NCBI RefSeq assembly: GCF_001194135.2
Contig: NC_068986.1
Coordinates: forward strand, 24,109,909 to 24,144,863
Direction of reading: 5' to 3'
Length of the DNA stretch: 34,955 bases
DNA from: Octopus bimaculoides
Taxonomy: Eukaryota
The notes under the pieces were generated by a model. The model was not told where the DNA came from. It searched no databases and was given only the letters and a program-made list of their open reading frames with translations. The position numbers were made by a program, and so were the translations under genes. The stretch's first letter is position 1; each line of letters starts with the position of its first letter. Shown piece after piece: positions 1 through 11,060 of the stretch.

Positions 1-116
1 AAAAGACACAGACACATTGAAGGACACGCATGCGTAGACACATACAATAGGAATACAAAATACAAAATGGCTGATAGTTAGCAAGGTGAGACACACATAA
101 GAAAGAAGGAAACAAA

Positions 117-161
117 GGACCACTGATGAGGTCACAGAAGTGTGACGAAAGAACTCTGGCC
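117..161 (+). ncRNA. Minimal type I hammerhead ribozyme motif, probably in a PLE/retrozyme-like repeat end
   Basis: Core CTGATGA 123-129; extra G130; stem II GTCACA 131-136 / TGTGAC 141-146 with loop GAAG; GAAA 147-150; stem III AG/CT around AA; cleavage triplet CTC 154-156; stem I GG(A)CCA 117-122 / TGGCC 157-161. Confidence 0.7.
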
Positions 162-277
162 GAAATAAGATTAAGATTAAGATTAATGTAATATAAAGCT
201 GAAAAAAAAAAATTAACACCAAATATACAGTGCGTGTGTTTTTATTGGCTAAACTGGCAATATGACCATCCCCAAGT

Positions 278-283
<6 letters not shown>

Positions 284-318
<35 letters not shown>

Positions 319-326
319 CATATATA
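284..326. repeat. (TA)n microsatellite
   Basis: Direct inspection; abuts the mariner terminus. Confidence 0.95.
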
Positions 327-1265
327 TCAGGCTGAGTAAAGATTAAGCAACATTTTGAAACATGAAATTCATCACAATTTATCTCAACAATGCAGAAATT
401 TCATTCATGAAAAAAAGTACCATTACAATCAAAACATTTTTGCCAACAAGTTACACGTCTGTTTATTCTGGTAACATAAAAATCTGGAGTTCTGGAGCTG
501 AAGAACTCTTTGAACGCACTTTCGGCATCACTTTGATTGTTGAACTCCTTCTCTCGGAGGAATTCATCAAGGTGCTTGAAAAAGTGATAGTCGGTAGAAG
601 AAAGGCCTGGGTAAAAAATGGGGGAGGGAGAACTTCTAGCACGTCATTAGTTAAACGTGTGGCCCTCTTCTATTGACCAGTCTGGGATGGAGGAATAGCG
701 GTTTTTCGTTCATTTTGGCAATTTCATGGCAATATGTTTCTGCAGTAATGGTTTTGCCGGGCTTTAAGAAGTTATAGTGAATGAGTCCAGCAGTACACCA
801 CCATAACCTTCATTTTGAAGAGCTCGGGTTTAGGAAAGGTTTACGGTGCTTCATTTTGTCCAACATCATTGAAGACCGTTTTTATTATTGTACAGAATCC
901 ACTTTTCATCGCAAGTTACAATACGGTCGAGAAATTCTGTTTTGGTTCAAATCGTGTGGTATCCATTTGTCGGGCTTTTTTTGATTTCCCGATCGCCTGT
1001 AAATGGTTGTAGACAGTTTTCTGGCTAACTTGAAATTCTTTTGCCAGTTTTCGAGTGGTTTTACATGCATCTTTCTCAATAACTGTCTGTAATTGACCGT
1101 CATCGACGACAGACGGACTCCACTAAGTTCCCAATCTCCAAGGTTCAGGTCTCTACTGCAAAACCATTAAAACCATTTTGGAGCTGACTACTCACTGGTC
1201 TTATCCTCACCAAACGTTTCGTTGATATCGCAAGCAGTTTCAGCTGCTTTACCACATTATTACAA
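327..1265 (-). mobile_element. Degraded mariner (Tc1/mariner, D34D) transposon
   Basis: Minus-strand frameshifted translation gives KAAETACDINETFGED, WIPHDL, FLDRIVTCDEKWILYNN and STDYHFFKHLDEFLREKEF...WQKCFDCNGTFF. A TA plus TIR-like end TCAGGCTGAGTAAAG lies at 325-341; the other TIR was not found. Confidence 0.9.
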
Positions 1266-1597
1266 CTTACAATAAGGCTTAATATATGAATAACAGAAAT
1301 GATTTGTTACATTATAAATGCCACTATTTCCTATAGATTCAAGGAGAAATTGTATTCTTGATCTTGTAAATTTCTTTAACTATCAAAATATTAAACCAGC
1401 ATGGCGGACGAAATTTATGCAGTTGTACTATGATACTTGTATTATTCTCAATTTTCTTCGGAACACACAAATATAGTTACATTTATAGAAATGTGTACTC
1501 TTTTACGCAATTCTGTTTTGAAATGGTAATTTCTGTTTCAGAGTAATTTGTAATTCCGACGGAATAACAAAGAGAACAAAACTACAAAAATTCGTAA

Positions 1598-2578
1598 TAC
1601 CTATTTATATATCGCATCAGGATCACGCAAACACATGTATTTACTAGCCTACATATAATAAAGAATTAACTGCAATAAGATCTAGTCTAGATTAATGCTG
1701 ATTTCGAATAATTTTAGAAAATAAAACTCTATTCTGTGTTATTCTAATGTCATCAATTACGTTGGGACTAAATGTTTCTAATTATACATACATATATACA
1801 TATATATATAGACATAATACGATATATATATATATATATATACATACAGACAAACAGACACACATACATTCTTATATACATACGTGTGCATGTATATATT
1901 ATATATATATATATNNNNNNNNNNNNNNNNNNNNNNNNNNNNNNNNNNNNNNNNNNNNNNNNNNNNNNNNNNNNNNNNNNNNNNNNNNNNNNNNNNNNNN
2001 NNNNNNNNNNNNNNNNNNNNNNNNNNNNNNNNNNNNNNNNNNNNNNNNNNNNNNNNNNNNNNNNNNNNNNNNNNNNNNNNNNNNNNNNNNNNNNNNNNNN
2101 NNNNNNNNNNNNNNNNNNNNNNNNNNNNNNNNNNNNNNNNNNNNNNNNNNNNNNNNNNNNNNNNNNNNNNNNNNNNNNNNNNNNNNNNNNNNNNNNNNNN
2201 NNNNNNNNNNNNNNNNNNNNNNNNNNNNNNNNNNNNNNNNNNNNNNNNNNNNNNNNNNNNNNNNNNNNNNNNNNNNNNNNNNNNNNNNNNNNNNNNNNNN
2301 NNNNNNNNNNNNNNNNNNNNNNNNNNNNNNNNTACCTATTTATATATCGCATCAGGATCACGCAAACACATGTATTTACTAGCCTACATATAATAAAGAA
2401 TTAACTGCAATAAGATCTAGTCTAGATTAATGCTGATTTCGAATAATTTTAGAAAATAAAACTCTATTCTGTGTTATTCTAATGTCATCAATTACGTTGG
2501 GACTAAATGTTTCTAATTATACATACATATATACATATATATATAGACATAATACGATATATATATATATATATATAC
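1598..2578. repeat. About 245-bp direct duplication flanking a gap (1598-1842 vs 2333-2578)
   Basis: The sequence after the gap restarts at TACCTATTTATATATCGCATCAGG, identical to 1598; the copies diverge inside a TA microsatellite. Confidence 0.9.
1915..2332. other. Assembly gap
   Basis: N run. Confidence 1.
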
Positions 2579-3013
2579 ACATATATATATATACATACAT
2601 ACATATACTTACGCTCACACACACACACGCACACACACATATATATATATTTATATTCCTCTCATCTCACCATATTCGTAGTGATAAAACATCTGTTAAC
2701 ATATGGATATATACGTGATAGTCATCATGTGTCTTTTATGTATTTCGTTAATTAAACCACTTTCATTTCGTGCGGCATCGAATCAATTCCTATTTGTTTT
2801 CAAAGCCTACTAATTACCACTATTTCATAATATATAATGTTTATATGCATGCATATACACGTCAGCAAATATAAATTGACAGAGATAATTCTGAGAACAT
2901 TCACATTTACATAGTTTTACATGAAGAGATATCGTATTATCATACATACAAACCCATATAGTTTGAAATTGCATACATTCTCGTTAGTAGATACGCGTAA
3001 GTTCATACGTATT

Positions 3014-3036
3014 ACACACACACACGCACACACACA

Positions 3037-3095
<59 letters not shown>
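3014..3095. repeat. (CA)n microsatellite
   Basis: Direct inspection. Confidence 0.95.
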
Positions 3096-3097
<2 letters not shown>

Positions 3098-3194
3098 CCA
3101 TACACTTCTACGTACATTTATATTCCTCATTACACCGTTCTTTGCATACTTCGAAAGGCAGTCGAAGATCTTTGTTTGAACAAAATATATTTGT

Positions 3195-3285
3195 ATCATC
3201 TTCGTCGTCATCATGCTTATCTCATCACACCACCAGTCATGGACATCGTCATAATCATCGTCAGCATCGCCGTCGTCGTCGTCAT

Positions 3286-3316
<31 letters not shown>

Positions 3317-3401
3317 AGCAGCATCATGAGCATCCTGCTCATCTTCATCATCAGCGTCATAATCATCATCATCACCATCATCATCATCATTATCATCATC
3401 G

Positions 3402-3441
<40 letters not shown>

Positions 3442-3511
3442 TATCATCATCATCGTCATCATCATCATCATCATCGTCATCATCATCATCATCATCATCA
3501 TCAACATCATC
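3195..3511. repeat. Compound (CAT)n/(CGT)n/(CAG)n microsatellite
   Basis: Explains the poly-His, poly-Ile and poly-Met pseudo-ORFs. Confidence 0.9.
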
Positions 3512-4329
3512 CTGTGAATATGTGGATCTATGATGTATCGAAACATGGGTCGTGTTTATGAAATAGATGTCTAATCGTACTCCTTCTTGTTGACTCTAGG
3601 TTATTCGACATTTTTTTCACACGCGATGAATGCCTAAACCTAGACTTGGAAGTATACCTTAATACTACCGGATAAACGGAATATACCTTAAATGTATATA
3701 TGGTAAATGAAAGCCGGAAGATGGAAGATATGAGAATTTTTATTAATCACAATTGTTTTGACACATGTAGCAACGATCCATCACCGGTGAAATACTTAAC
3801 AACGGGTTTATGAGCATGTGTCTCTTTCAAGTGATAAATAGATATAACTCGTTAAAATAACAGTTCCGCGATGCATCTTCTCATTTCATGTAAAGAAAGG
3901 CAGAAAATTAAAGGATATATTTTCATTTATATAGAAGATCAATAACAGGTTAACAGATGCAAAAGTGAAACAAACATGCAAAACAGCGAGAAAAGTATTG
4001 AAAATAAACGTTAATAGATATGGATGTTTCAACGCCCTCGTACAAGCTGAATGGTGCATGTAAATTCGCTCATACAAGCATCCACGAAAATATATGCATA
4101 CGCATACGTGTGGTTTGGTGCACACATATTCATACAGCTAGTTAAATAGCGGCTTGGTGCTTATAAGAATGGAGAGGATAAAGCTAAACTTAATTCATCT
4201 ATACCTTAAAGTAAATTATGATAACAGTTAGTCAAATTCATTCCCACTGCGTTGTGCAAAAGTACATTTTCGTGCATGTAGGCATCTTGAGAGCCTTTCA
4301 GAAATTCTGAATGTGTGGATGAATGCTTG

Positions 4330-4369
<40 letters not shown>

Positions 4370-4370
4370 T

Positions 4371-4409
<39 letters not shown>

Positions 4410-4989
4410 CNNNNNNNNNNNNNNNNNNNNNNNNNNNNNNNNNNNNNNNNNNNNNNNNNNNNNNNNNNNNNNNNNNNNNNNNNNNNNNNNNNNNNNNNNN
4501 NNNNNNNNNNNNNNNNNNNNNNNNNNNNNNNNNNNNNNNNNNNNNNNNNNNNNNNNNNNNNNNNNNNNNNNNNNNNNNNNNNNNNNNNNNNNNNNNNNNN
4601 NNNNNNNNNNNNNNNNNNNNNNNNNNNNNNNNNNNNNNNNNNNNNNNNNNNNNNNNNNNNNNNNNNNNNNNNNNNNNNNNNNNNNNNNNNNNNNNNNNNN
4701 NNNNNNNNNNNNNNNNNNNNNNNNNNNNNNNNNNNNNNNNNNNNNNNNNNNNNNNNNNNNNNNNNNNNNNNNNNNNNNNNNNNNNNNNNNNNNNNNNNNN
4801 NNNNNNNNNNNNNNNNNNNNNNNNNNNNNNNNNNNNNNNNNNNNNNNNNNNNNNNNNNNNNNNNNNNNNNNNNNNNNNNNNNNNNNNNNNNNNNNNNNNN
4901 NNNNNNNNNNNNNNNNNNNNNNNNNNNNNNNNNNNNNNNNNNNNNNNNNNNNNNNNNNNNNNNNNNNNNNNNNNNNNNNNNNNNNNNNN
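4330..4989. repeat. (GT)n microsatellite running into an assembly gap (4411-4989)
   Basis: Direct inspection. Confidence 0.95.
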
Positions 4990-6534
4990 CTGTATATTTA
5001 TCTGAGTGTATTTCCGCTTGATCATAATAGCATTGATCAGAAGAGAATGGAATGGATGAACACATTTGGATTTGTGCACAAGTTTTTTCTAAATATATAT
5101 GTATATATTTCTTAGTAAACTGAAATCTACATTTAATATTTAATAAATCGTACGTTGCTCTTATCTTCGCTAAAATTCTTCGATATTTGAAAACTCCCCA
5201 AAAAATATTAGGTCGATAATTGTTTGAAAAACTATGCATTGATAAATGCGTCCTTTGAGAGTAAAAATAGCGAGATGCAATGGATGAACAAAATAGTTTA
5301 ATTCAATATTTAATAATTTAAAAGCAAATAAATGTGTTTCAGAATAAATCTGTTTCTATTTTCATACCTTATGTTTATAATACTTTCTATTACCTTACAA
5401 TCATTAAAAATTCCTAAGATTTTCACTAAATCATTAAAATATATTTAGTTTATTCTTTTCACAAAAGATGATAATGCTGTATGATAAATATGTGAAATTA
5501 TTAATTTCTATTTTCTAAACAGTTTATCAGTATTTTGCAATATATTGATTCTGTATCTTTAATATATTGTTCAATTTTTTAATTAGTTTGGGCTTCTAGA
5601 ATAGGTTAAAGTTTGCTTCAGATTCAAATCAATATTTTAACTCTGCCAGTTTGGACTTAATACAAATATGCTGTGTTTCAATAATACTGCACCTTTGAAT
5701 ACACTTATTGAATGATGCCAGCAAATATATATATATATAATTAAAGTAATTTCATTTAGTTGCAAATTTGTGTATGTTTGCATATCAATATATTTTTATC
5801 TTACGATATCTCTAACAGTTACGAAATTACAATACGACAAAAAATACTTTATGAATAGCAATAACAAATGCCTTTGGCGAAATATAGTTGCACCATGCCA
5901 AAGACGATCGGTTTGTCTTCATTGCTTTAAATTTTCTTACCTTTTATGCAATGTTGGTATTGCAGCAATTCCGTAGAAGAAAATCGCCTTATAGAAAATC
6001 GTCCTTTTTGTATAGACACAATGCTATGTTTCTAGGAAATTTTGAAATTGAGTTTTAGTGTCTGTAGTAACAGATTAGGCCAAATTTTCAAACTCCTAAA
6101 AAAATTACCCATAATGCTTTTTGGCAAGACACTGTTTTATCCATGCCTATGGTTATCAACGTGATTGTTAATCTTTCTTTCCGCAGTTTTTATGTATAAT
6201 ATCGGCGTGGACAAGTTAACACATTATACACGTAATTGTCAATGAGAAGTTACGATGCTCGGAATTTCATTAAAAATTTTATTTACTCTAGATTCATCTA
6301 CTTTGTAATAAACGACGTGAGATTCATGTTTCACATTTCATATTTTTCATAATCTATGCCATGCTTATTTGATTATTGTTATTAGCGAAACATTCGAAAT
6401 ATATTTCTTATTCTATATGTCTACACAGTCGAAGAGTATATTAAGTCATCTCTTTTTTACACTTATATTTCTCTAGTTCAAAAACAGTTAATATCATCAA
6501 TAATATTCGCACTTGTTATTATTTCGCCAGTGAA

Positions 6535-6620
6535 CGTAGTGAGCTGGCAGAATCGTTAGCACGCCGGGCCAAATACTTAGCGGTATTTCGTCTGTCTTTA
6601 CGTTTTGAGTTCAAATTCCG
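6535..6620 (+). mobile_element. tRNA-derived SINE 5' part, cut by the gap at 6621-6931
   Basis: A-box-like TGGCAGAATCG and B-box-like GAGTTCAAATTCC; homologous to the SINE heads at 9868-10215. Confidence 0.8.
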
Positions 6621-6933
6621 NNNNNNNNNNNNNNNNNNNNNNNNNNNNNNNNNNNNNNNNNNNNNNNNNNNNNNNNNNNNNNNNNNNNNNNNNNNNNNNN
6701 NNNNNNNNNNNNNNNNNNNNNNNNNNNNNNNNNNNNNNNNNNNNNNNNNNNNNNNNNNNNNNNNNNNNNNNNNNNNNNNNNNNNNNNNNNNNNNNNNNNN
6801 NNNNNNNNNNNNNNNNNNNNNNNNNNNNNNNNNNNNNNNNNNNNNNNNNNNNNNNNNNNNNNNNNNNNNNNNNNNNNNNNNNNNNNNNNNNNNNNNNNNN
6901 NNNNNNNNNNNNNNNNNNNNNNNNNNNNNNNAG

Positions 6934-7215
6934 GTTTTGTGGCTGTAATAGAAAGGGTTATTATTTCGCTAGTGAATGCTGCGAATAGCTGTCTTTCACC
7001 CTCCAACAGTTCAGACCGTGCTCCCTTTGCATTTCCTTTGTTACCGAAACCGAAGGAGAATCTCAGGGGCAATCAATTTCAAGATGAAGGAGGTTGTGAC
7101 AAGGGACCCGAAATCCTTCACGCTGCAGAGCTTCCACGAGACTATGACGAAGTGACTCGAGGGCTACAACAACGCATTGAAGGCAAATAATCTTACTTTA
7201 CAGATTAAATTTTTA
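6934..7215 (+). mobile_element. Degraded mariner transposase C-terminus
   Basis: PSNSSDRAPFAFPLLPKPKENLRGNQFQ resembles PPYSPDLAPxDFxLFPKLKExLRGxRF. After a frameshift, MKEVVTRDPKSFTLQSFHETMTK*LEGYN resembles the mariner C-terminal MKEAVT...FHGAF.KWLERYNKC. Confidence 0.75.
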
Positions 7216-7752
7216 AAAGCGTTCAAATTCATGCCCTTACGTTCAAATTCATGCCCGTATTTCCCCACTTTGCTCTAGTGTATCTTGTGAGGACCGACTC
7301 TTGTATTCCGAAGCCCTGTGATTGTCTAGTTATGTTAGACTTGCACCCAGTCAATAATTTGTCTAATGAAATGTAAGAAATATCTATTTTGAGAAATCAT
7401 TTTATAATTTCGAGGCAGAACCTTCGTACTTCTCGTAATTACATTCCGCTGACAGACTTTGACTTCAAAATAGCATAATTATTATTAATTTATAAATTAC
7501 ACACTAAGCAGTGATAATTAAAATAAGTTGTGTGCTGTTACATTTAATATGTTCAAGTACATTCAATCATGGAGATACCATCACAGAGGAAACTCCCGCG
7601 GGAGAGAAATTTTCCTTATAGACAATATGTCGAGAAAAGCTTGTGAAAACACATTGTCTAAAGCAGAATTTCTGTCCCAAGAGTGTTTCAGCAGCGAAGA
7701 TGTTTCTTCGTTTCACTTTACACGAACTGATTAAATAAAATCATACACAGCT

Positions 7753-7784
<32 letters not shown>

Positions 7785-7824
7785 ACTATTATTATTACTA
7801 TTATTGTTTTTATTATTATTATTA

Positions 7825-7909
<85 letters not shown>

Positions 7910-8013
7910 TATTAATATTATTATTATCATTATTATTATTATCATTATTATCATTATTATTATTATTATTATCATTATTATTATTATCATTATTATCATT
8001 ATTATTATTATTA

Positions 8014-8051
<38 letters not shown>

Positions 8052-8069
8052 GATGTTATTATTATTATT
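7753..8069. repeat. Compound (GTT)n/(ATT)n/(ATC) microsatellite
   Basis: Direct inspection. Confidence 0.95.
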
Positions 8070-8499
8070 CCTTTCATAAACAGGCGTTTTGTTATGCCGA
8101 TATCAACGTATTAGTTATCATTCTATAACCATTTGTAGAATGAAGAAATTATCATTCGATATCCAAAATATTTTCTAACTATTTAGACTTTGTGGTACTG
8201 TCGTTAAAGTTCCTATCTTCTATTAGGACAAGGGCATCTCAACGTCAATCCTAAATCGTCTGAAGTTCGTATTTTACGTCCTAGTATTGTTGTATTAGGC
8301 AGCATTCTGTGTCTAACACTCTCGTATCAAAAGTTCGGGCAACATCGATTAAAGAATATACATTTTGGCAGGAAAATCTTCCAGTTACCTATCCATTTGA
8401 ATTTTTATGTTTCGAAATACCCTTTCATAGTCGTTTTCAAGGATGTAAGGGGAAATATGGTGATTTCATTACTTGCATTCTTTGTATTGTAGTATTGTA

Positions 8500-8812
8500 T
8501 TGTGGTTCAGTGGTTAGTGAGTCGGGCTCACAATCATGAAATAGTGAGTTCGAATCCCGGTTATGTTCTTGAGCCCTGAGACTTTATTTCATGTTGTTCC
8601 AGTTCACTCAGATGTAGAAAGGGGTTGTGACATCACTGGTGCCAAGCTGTATCGACCTTTGCCTTTCCCTTGGATAACATCGGTGGCGTGTAGAAGGGAG
8701 GCTGGTATGCATGGGCGACCGCTGATCTTCCACAAACAACCTTGCCCGGACTTGTGCCTCAGATAGTAACTCTCTAGGTGCAACTTAATCGTTATTCATG
8801 ACCGAGGGGGTG
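8500..8812 (+). mobile_element. tRNA-derived SINE
   Basis: A box TGGTTCAGTGG 8503-8513 and B box GAGTTCGAATCC 8546-8557, followed by a non-tRNA body. Confidence 0.8.
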
Positions 8813-9485
8813 GTATTCATTTTAGTACAACTTTTGCTTACCGATTCGCCAATGAAGCAAATTTAATTAAAAGTGTATAGCATACAATTCTTATGAATAT
8901 TACAGTTCTTAAAAATCCCTTAAGAAGCATTGTATATCCCCTTTTTTTTTGTCACCACACAATCTACACCCCACCGGAATGCTTTCTCTACCTACATTCG
9001 TTATGACATATTTTCTGATTGATTAATTCTGCGCATCCAAAACGAATCTGTCTCTCTCTCTCTCTCGAAACTGTTTCTTATTTTAATCGCTGAGATGACT
9101 TGTTATCTCGATTCCGCTCTGTATTTTGAAAGAAAACTTGTGTGTAAATGTTTCTGTTTGTTGCTTTCTAGCTCTTGTGATTTCAATTTCCTTTATTCAT
9201 TTGGCTAATAGCTTACCTCCTCGAACATAATCACTGTCAGCCACATCGTTCCTTTGTACACTTTACCACTATTAACATACATTCTTATATGCTTCAAGTT
9301 ACTGTGAGATTGTCATCAATTTTCTTTTCATTTAACTTTTCAAGATGTTAATTTGTCCGGTTTTTATGAACTTATAACAGCGATGGTACTTATGACATTG
9401 AGTTTATCAATGAATTTCTGAAATCGATGCGATCGACTAAACCACTCGTAACAAAACTACTGGCTTCGTGCTAATATTCAAAAGA

Positions 9486-9486
<1 letters not shown>

Positions 9487-9557
<71 letters not shown>

Positions 9558-9668
9558 GTTCAGTAGTTTTATTTTTTTAGCGTGCTTTCACTTCACTACC
9601 GAGCGCAGATCTGTGTGCCTTGGGTATGTGCTGTGGTTTGCTGTGATGCTCTTATGGCTACTGTATTG

Positions 9669-9763
<95 letters not shown>

Positions 9764-9850
9764 TAGTTATATTTTTACTGCGTTCTTTCACTGCACTATC
9801 AAGACTAGATCTCTGTGAATTGGGTAAGTATTGTAGTTTGTTTTAGAGTT
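9487..9850 (-). mobile_element. Two R4/Dong-like LINE 3' ends (9558-9676 and about 9759-9850) interleaved with (ATT)n arrays
   Basis: 9558-9676 is a near-identical reverse complement of 17458-17577; the second copy is more diverged. Each is bounded by TAA repeats. Confidence 0.85.
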
Positions 9851-9867
9851 ATTGTTGCTATTAATAC

Positions 9868-10215
9868 TAAGGCAGAGAACTGGCTTAACCGCTGGCATAC
9901 CGGTCAAAATGCTTCATGGCATTTTGTCCGTCGTTATGATCTAAGTTCAAATTCCGCCGAAGTCGACTTTGCCTTTCATCCCTTCATGGGTTGATAAAAT
10001 AGATACCACTATCGTCATGAATAATGGCCATACTACAAGAATTGCTTTGTGGTATTTCGCGCGTTGCTACGTTCTGAGTTCAATTTCCGGCAAGGTCGAC
10101 TTTATCTTTCATCATTTCGGGGTCGATATATTAAGTACCAGTGAAACACTGGAGTCGATGTAACCCACCTAATAACCTCTCGCAAAACGCTACCCTTGTG
10201 GCAAAATTTGAACCC
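9868..10215 (+). mobile_element. tRNA-derived SINE with a duplicated head/core region
   Basis: Two consecutive units of the form AGTTCAA(A/T)TTCCG...GTCGACTTT...CTTTCATC...GG(G)T(T/C)GATA...TACCA (about 9943-10010 and 10077-10142), then the tail CCCTTGTGGCAAAATTTGAA. Confidence 0.8.
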
Positions 10216-10228
10216 ATTATGATTATTA

Positions 10229-10657
10229 TTTACATTATTTACATTGTTTATATTTGACGGATATTTGTCCTCATCTTGTTTGTTGTTAACTCAACATTTC
10301 GGCTGATATATCTGGAGGGTATATCAGCCAAAATGTTATGTTAACAACAAACAAGACGAGGACAAATATCCGTTAAATATACATAATGTAAATGATGTAA
10401 ATAATGTACATAATTCCTCATCTCTTAAATATAGAACTGTAGTATCTAATCGATACGGAGCCGACATTAGACTTCAATTGAGACATATAGAGAAACTCCA
10501 TCAAAAACTAGCTCGTCTTTCATGATGAAGGCTGGAAGGTGTATCAGCTGAAATGTTGTGTTAACAACAAACAAGATGATGACAAATATCCGTCAAATAT
10601 AAATAAAGTAAATAATGAAAATAATGTACATAATTCCTCATCTCTTAAATATAGAAC
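10229..10657 (+). mobile_element. Penelope-like element end: inverted pLTR piece + forward pLTR + ORF N-terminal stub + second forward pLTR
   Basis: 10229-10311 is the reverse complement of about 10321-10405. The forward pLTR 10312-10437 reads into SLKYRTVVSNRYGADIRLQLRHIEKLHQKLAR, which resembles a PLE ORF N-terminus. The second pLTR 10520-10657 has a decayed hammerhead (ATGATGA...GAAATGTT). Confidence 0.7.
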
Positions 10658-10659
10658 CA

Positions 10660-10790
10660 ATATTATTATTATCATTATTATTGTTGTTGTTGTTGTCGTC
10701 GTCGTTGTCGTTGTTGCTGTTTTTGTTATTGTTGTTGTTGTTGTCATTGTCGTTGTTGTTGTTGTTGTTGTTATCCTCATCATTATTATG
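10660..10790. repeat. (ATT)/(GTT)/(GTC) compound microsatellite
   Basis: Direct inspection. Confidence 0.9.
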
Positions 10791-10954
10791 ATTAGGTTCT
10801 GTATTGCTAAAGAAACGATTGTTTGTATTTGGTTTTGTTGGAAAATTCAACAAATTCTGTTTATACTCAGCAGACATTCTCCCAACTACTGTTTGACATG
10901 TTATGGTGAATATAGTTTATATGTCTTGAATCATAAACATTAGGTAGAAAGAAC

Positions 10955-11060
10955 GAAACGAGAGAGGGAAAGAGCGAGAGAGAGTCAGACAGAAAGAGAG
11001 AGAGAAATAGAGAGAAAGAAAGAAAGAGAGAAAGTGCAAGAGATAACAAGATGTAGAAAG
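10955..11060. repeat. GA-rich degenerate microsatellite
   Basis: Direct inspection. Confidence 0.85.

Noticed and set aside
3142-3561. His-rich 139-aa ORF resembling a metal-binding or transcription-factor tract
   Set aside because: Entirely explained by a (CAT)n microsatellite; all frames give homopolymers and no flanking domain is present.
6939-7190. GC-richer 83-aa ORF after an AG, initially looking like a terminal exon
   Set aside because: It is a decayed mariner C-terminus (SDRAPFAFPLLPKPKENLRG resembles PDLAPCDF.LFPKLKE.LRG), with the true frame shifting near 7082.
10520-10562. Third hammerhead as an active ribozyme
   Set aside because: The core reads ATGATGA (C3 lost) and the 5' strand of stem I is missing; counted only as a decayed pLTR copy.
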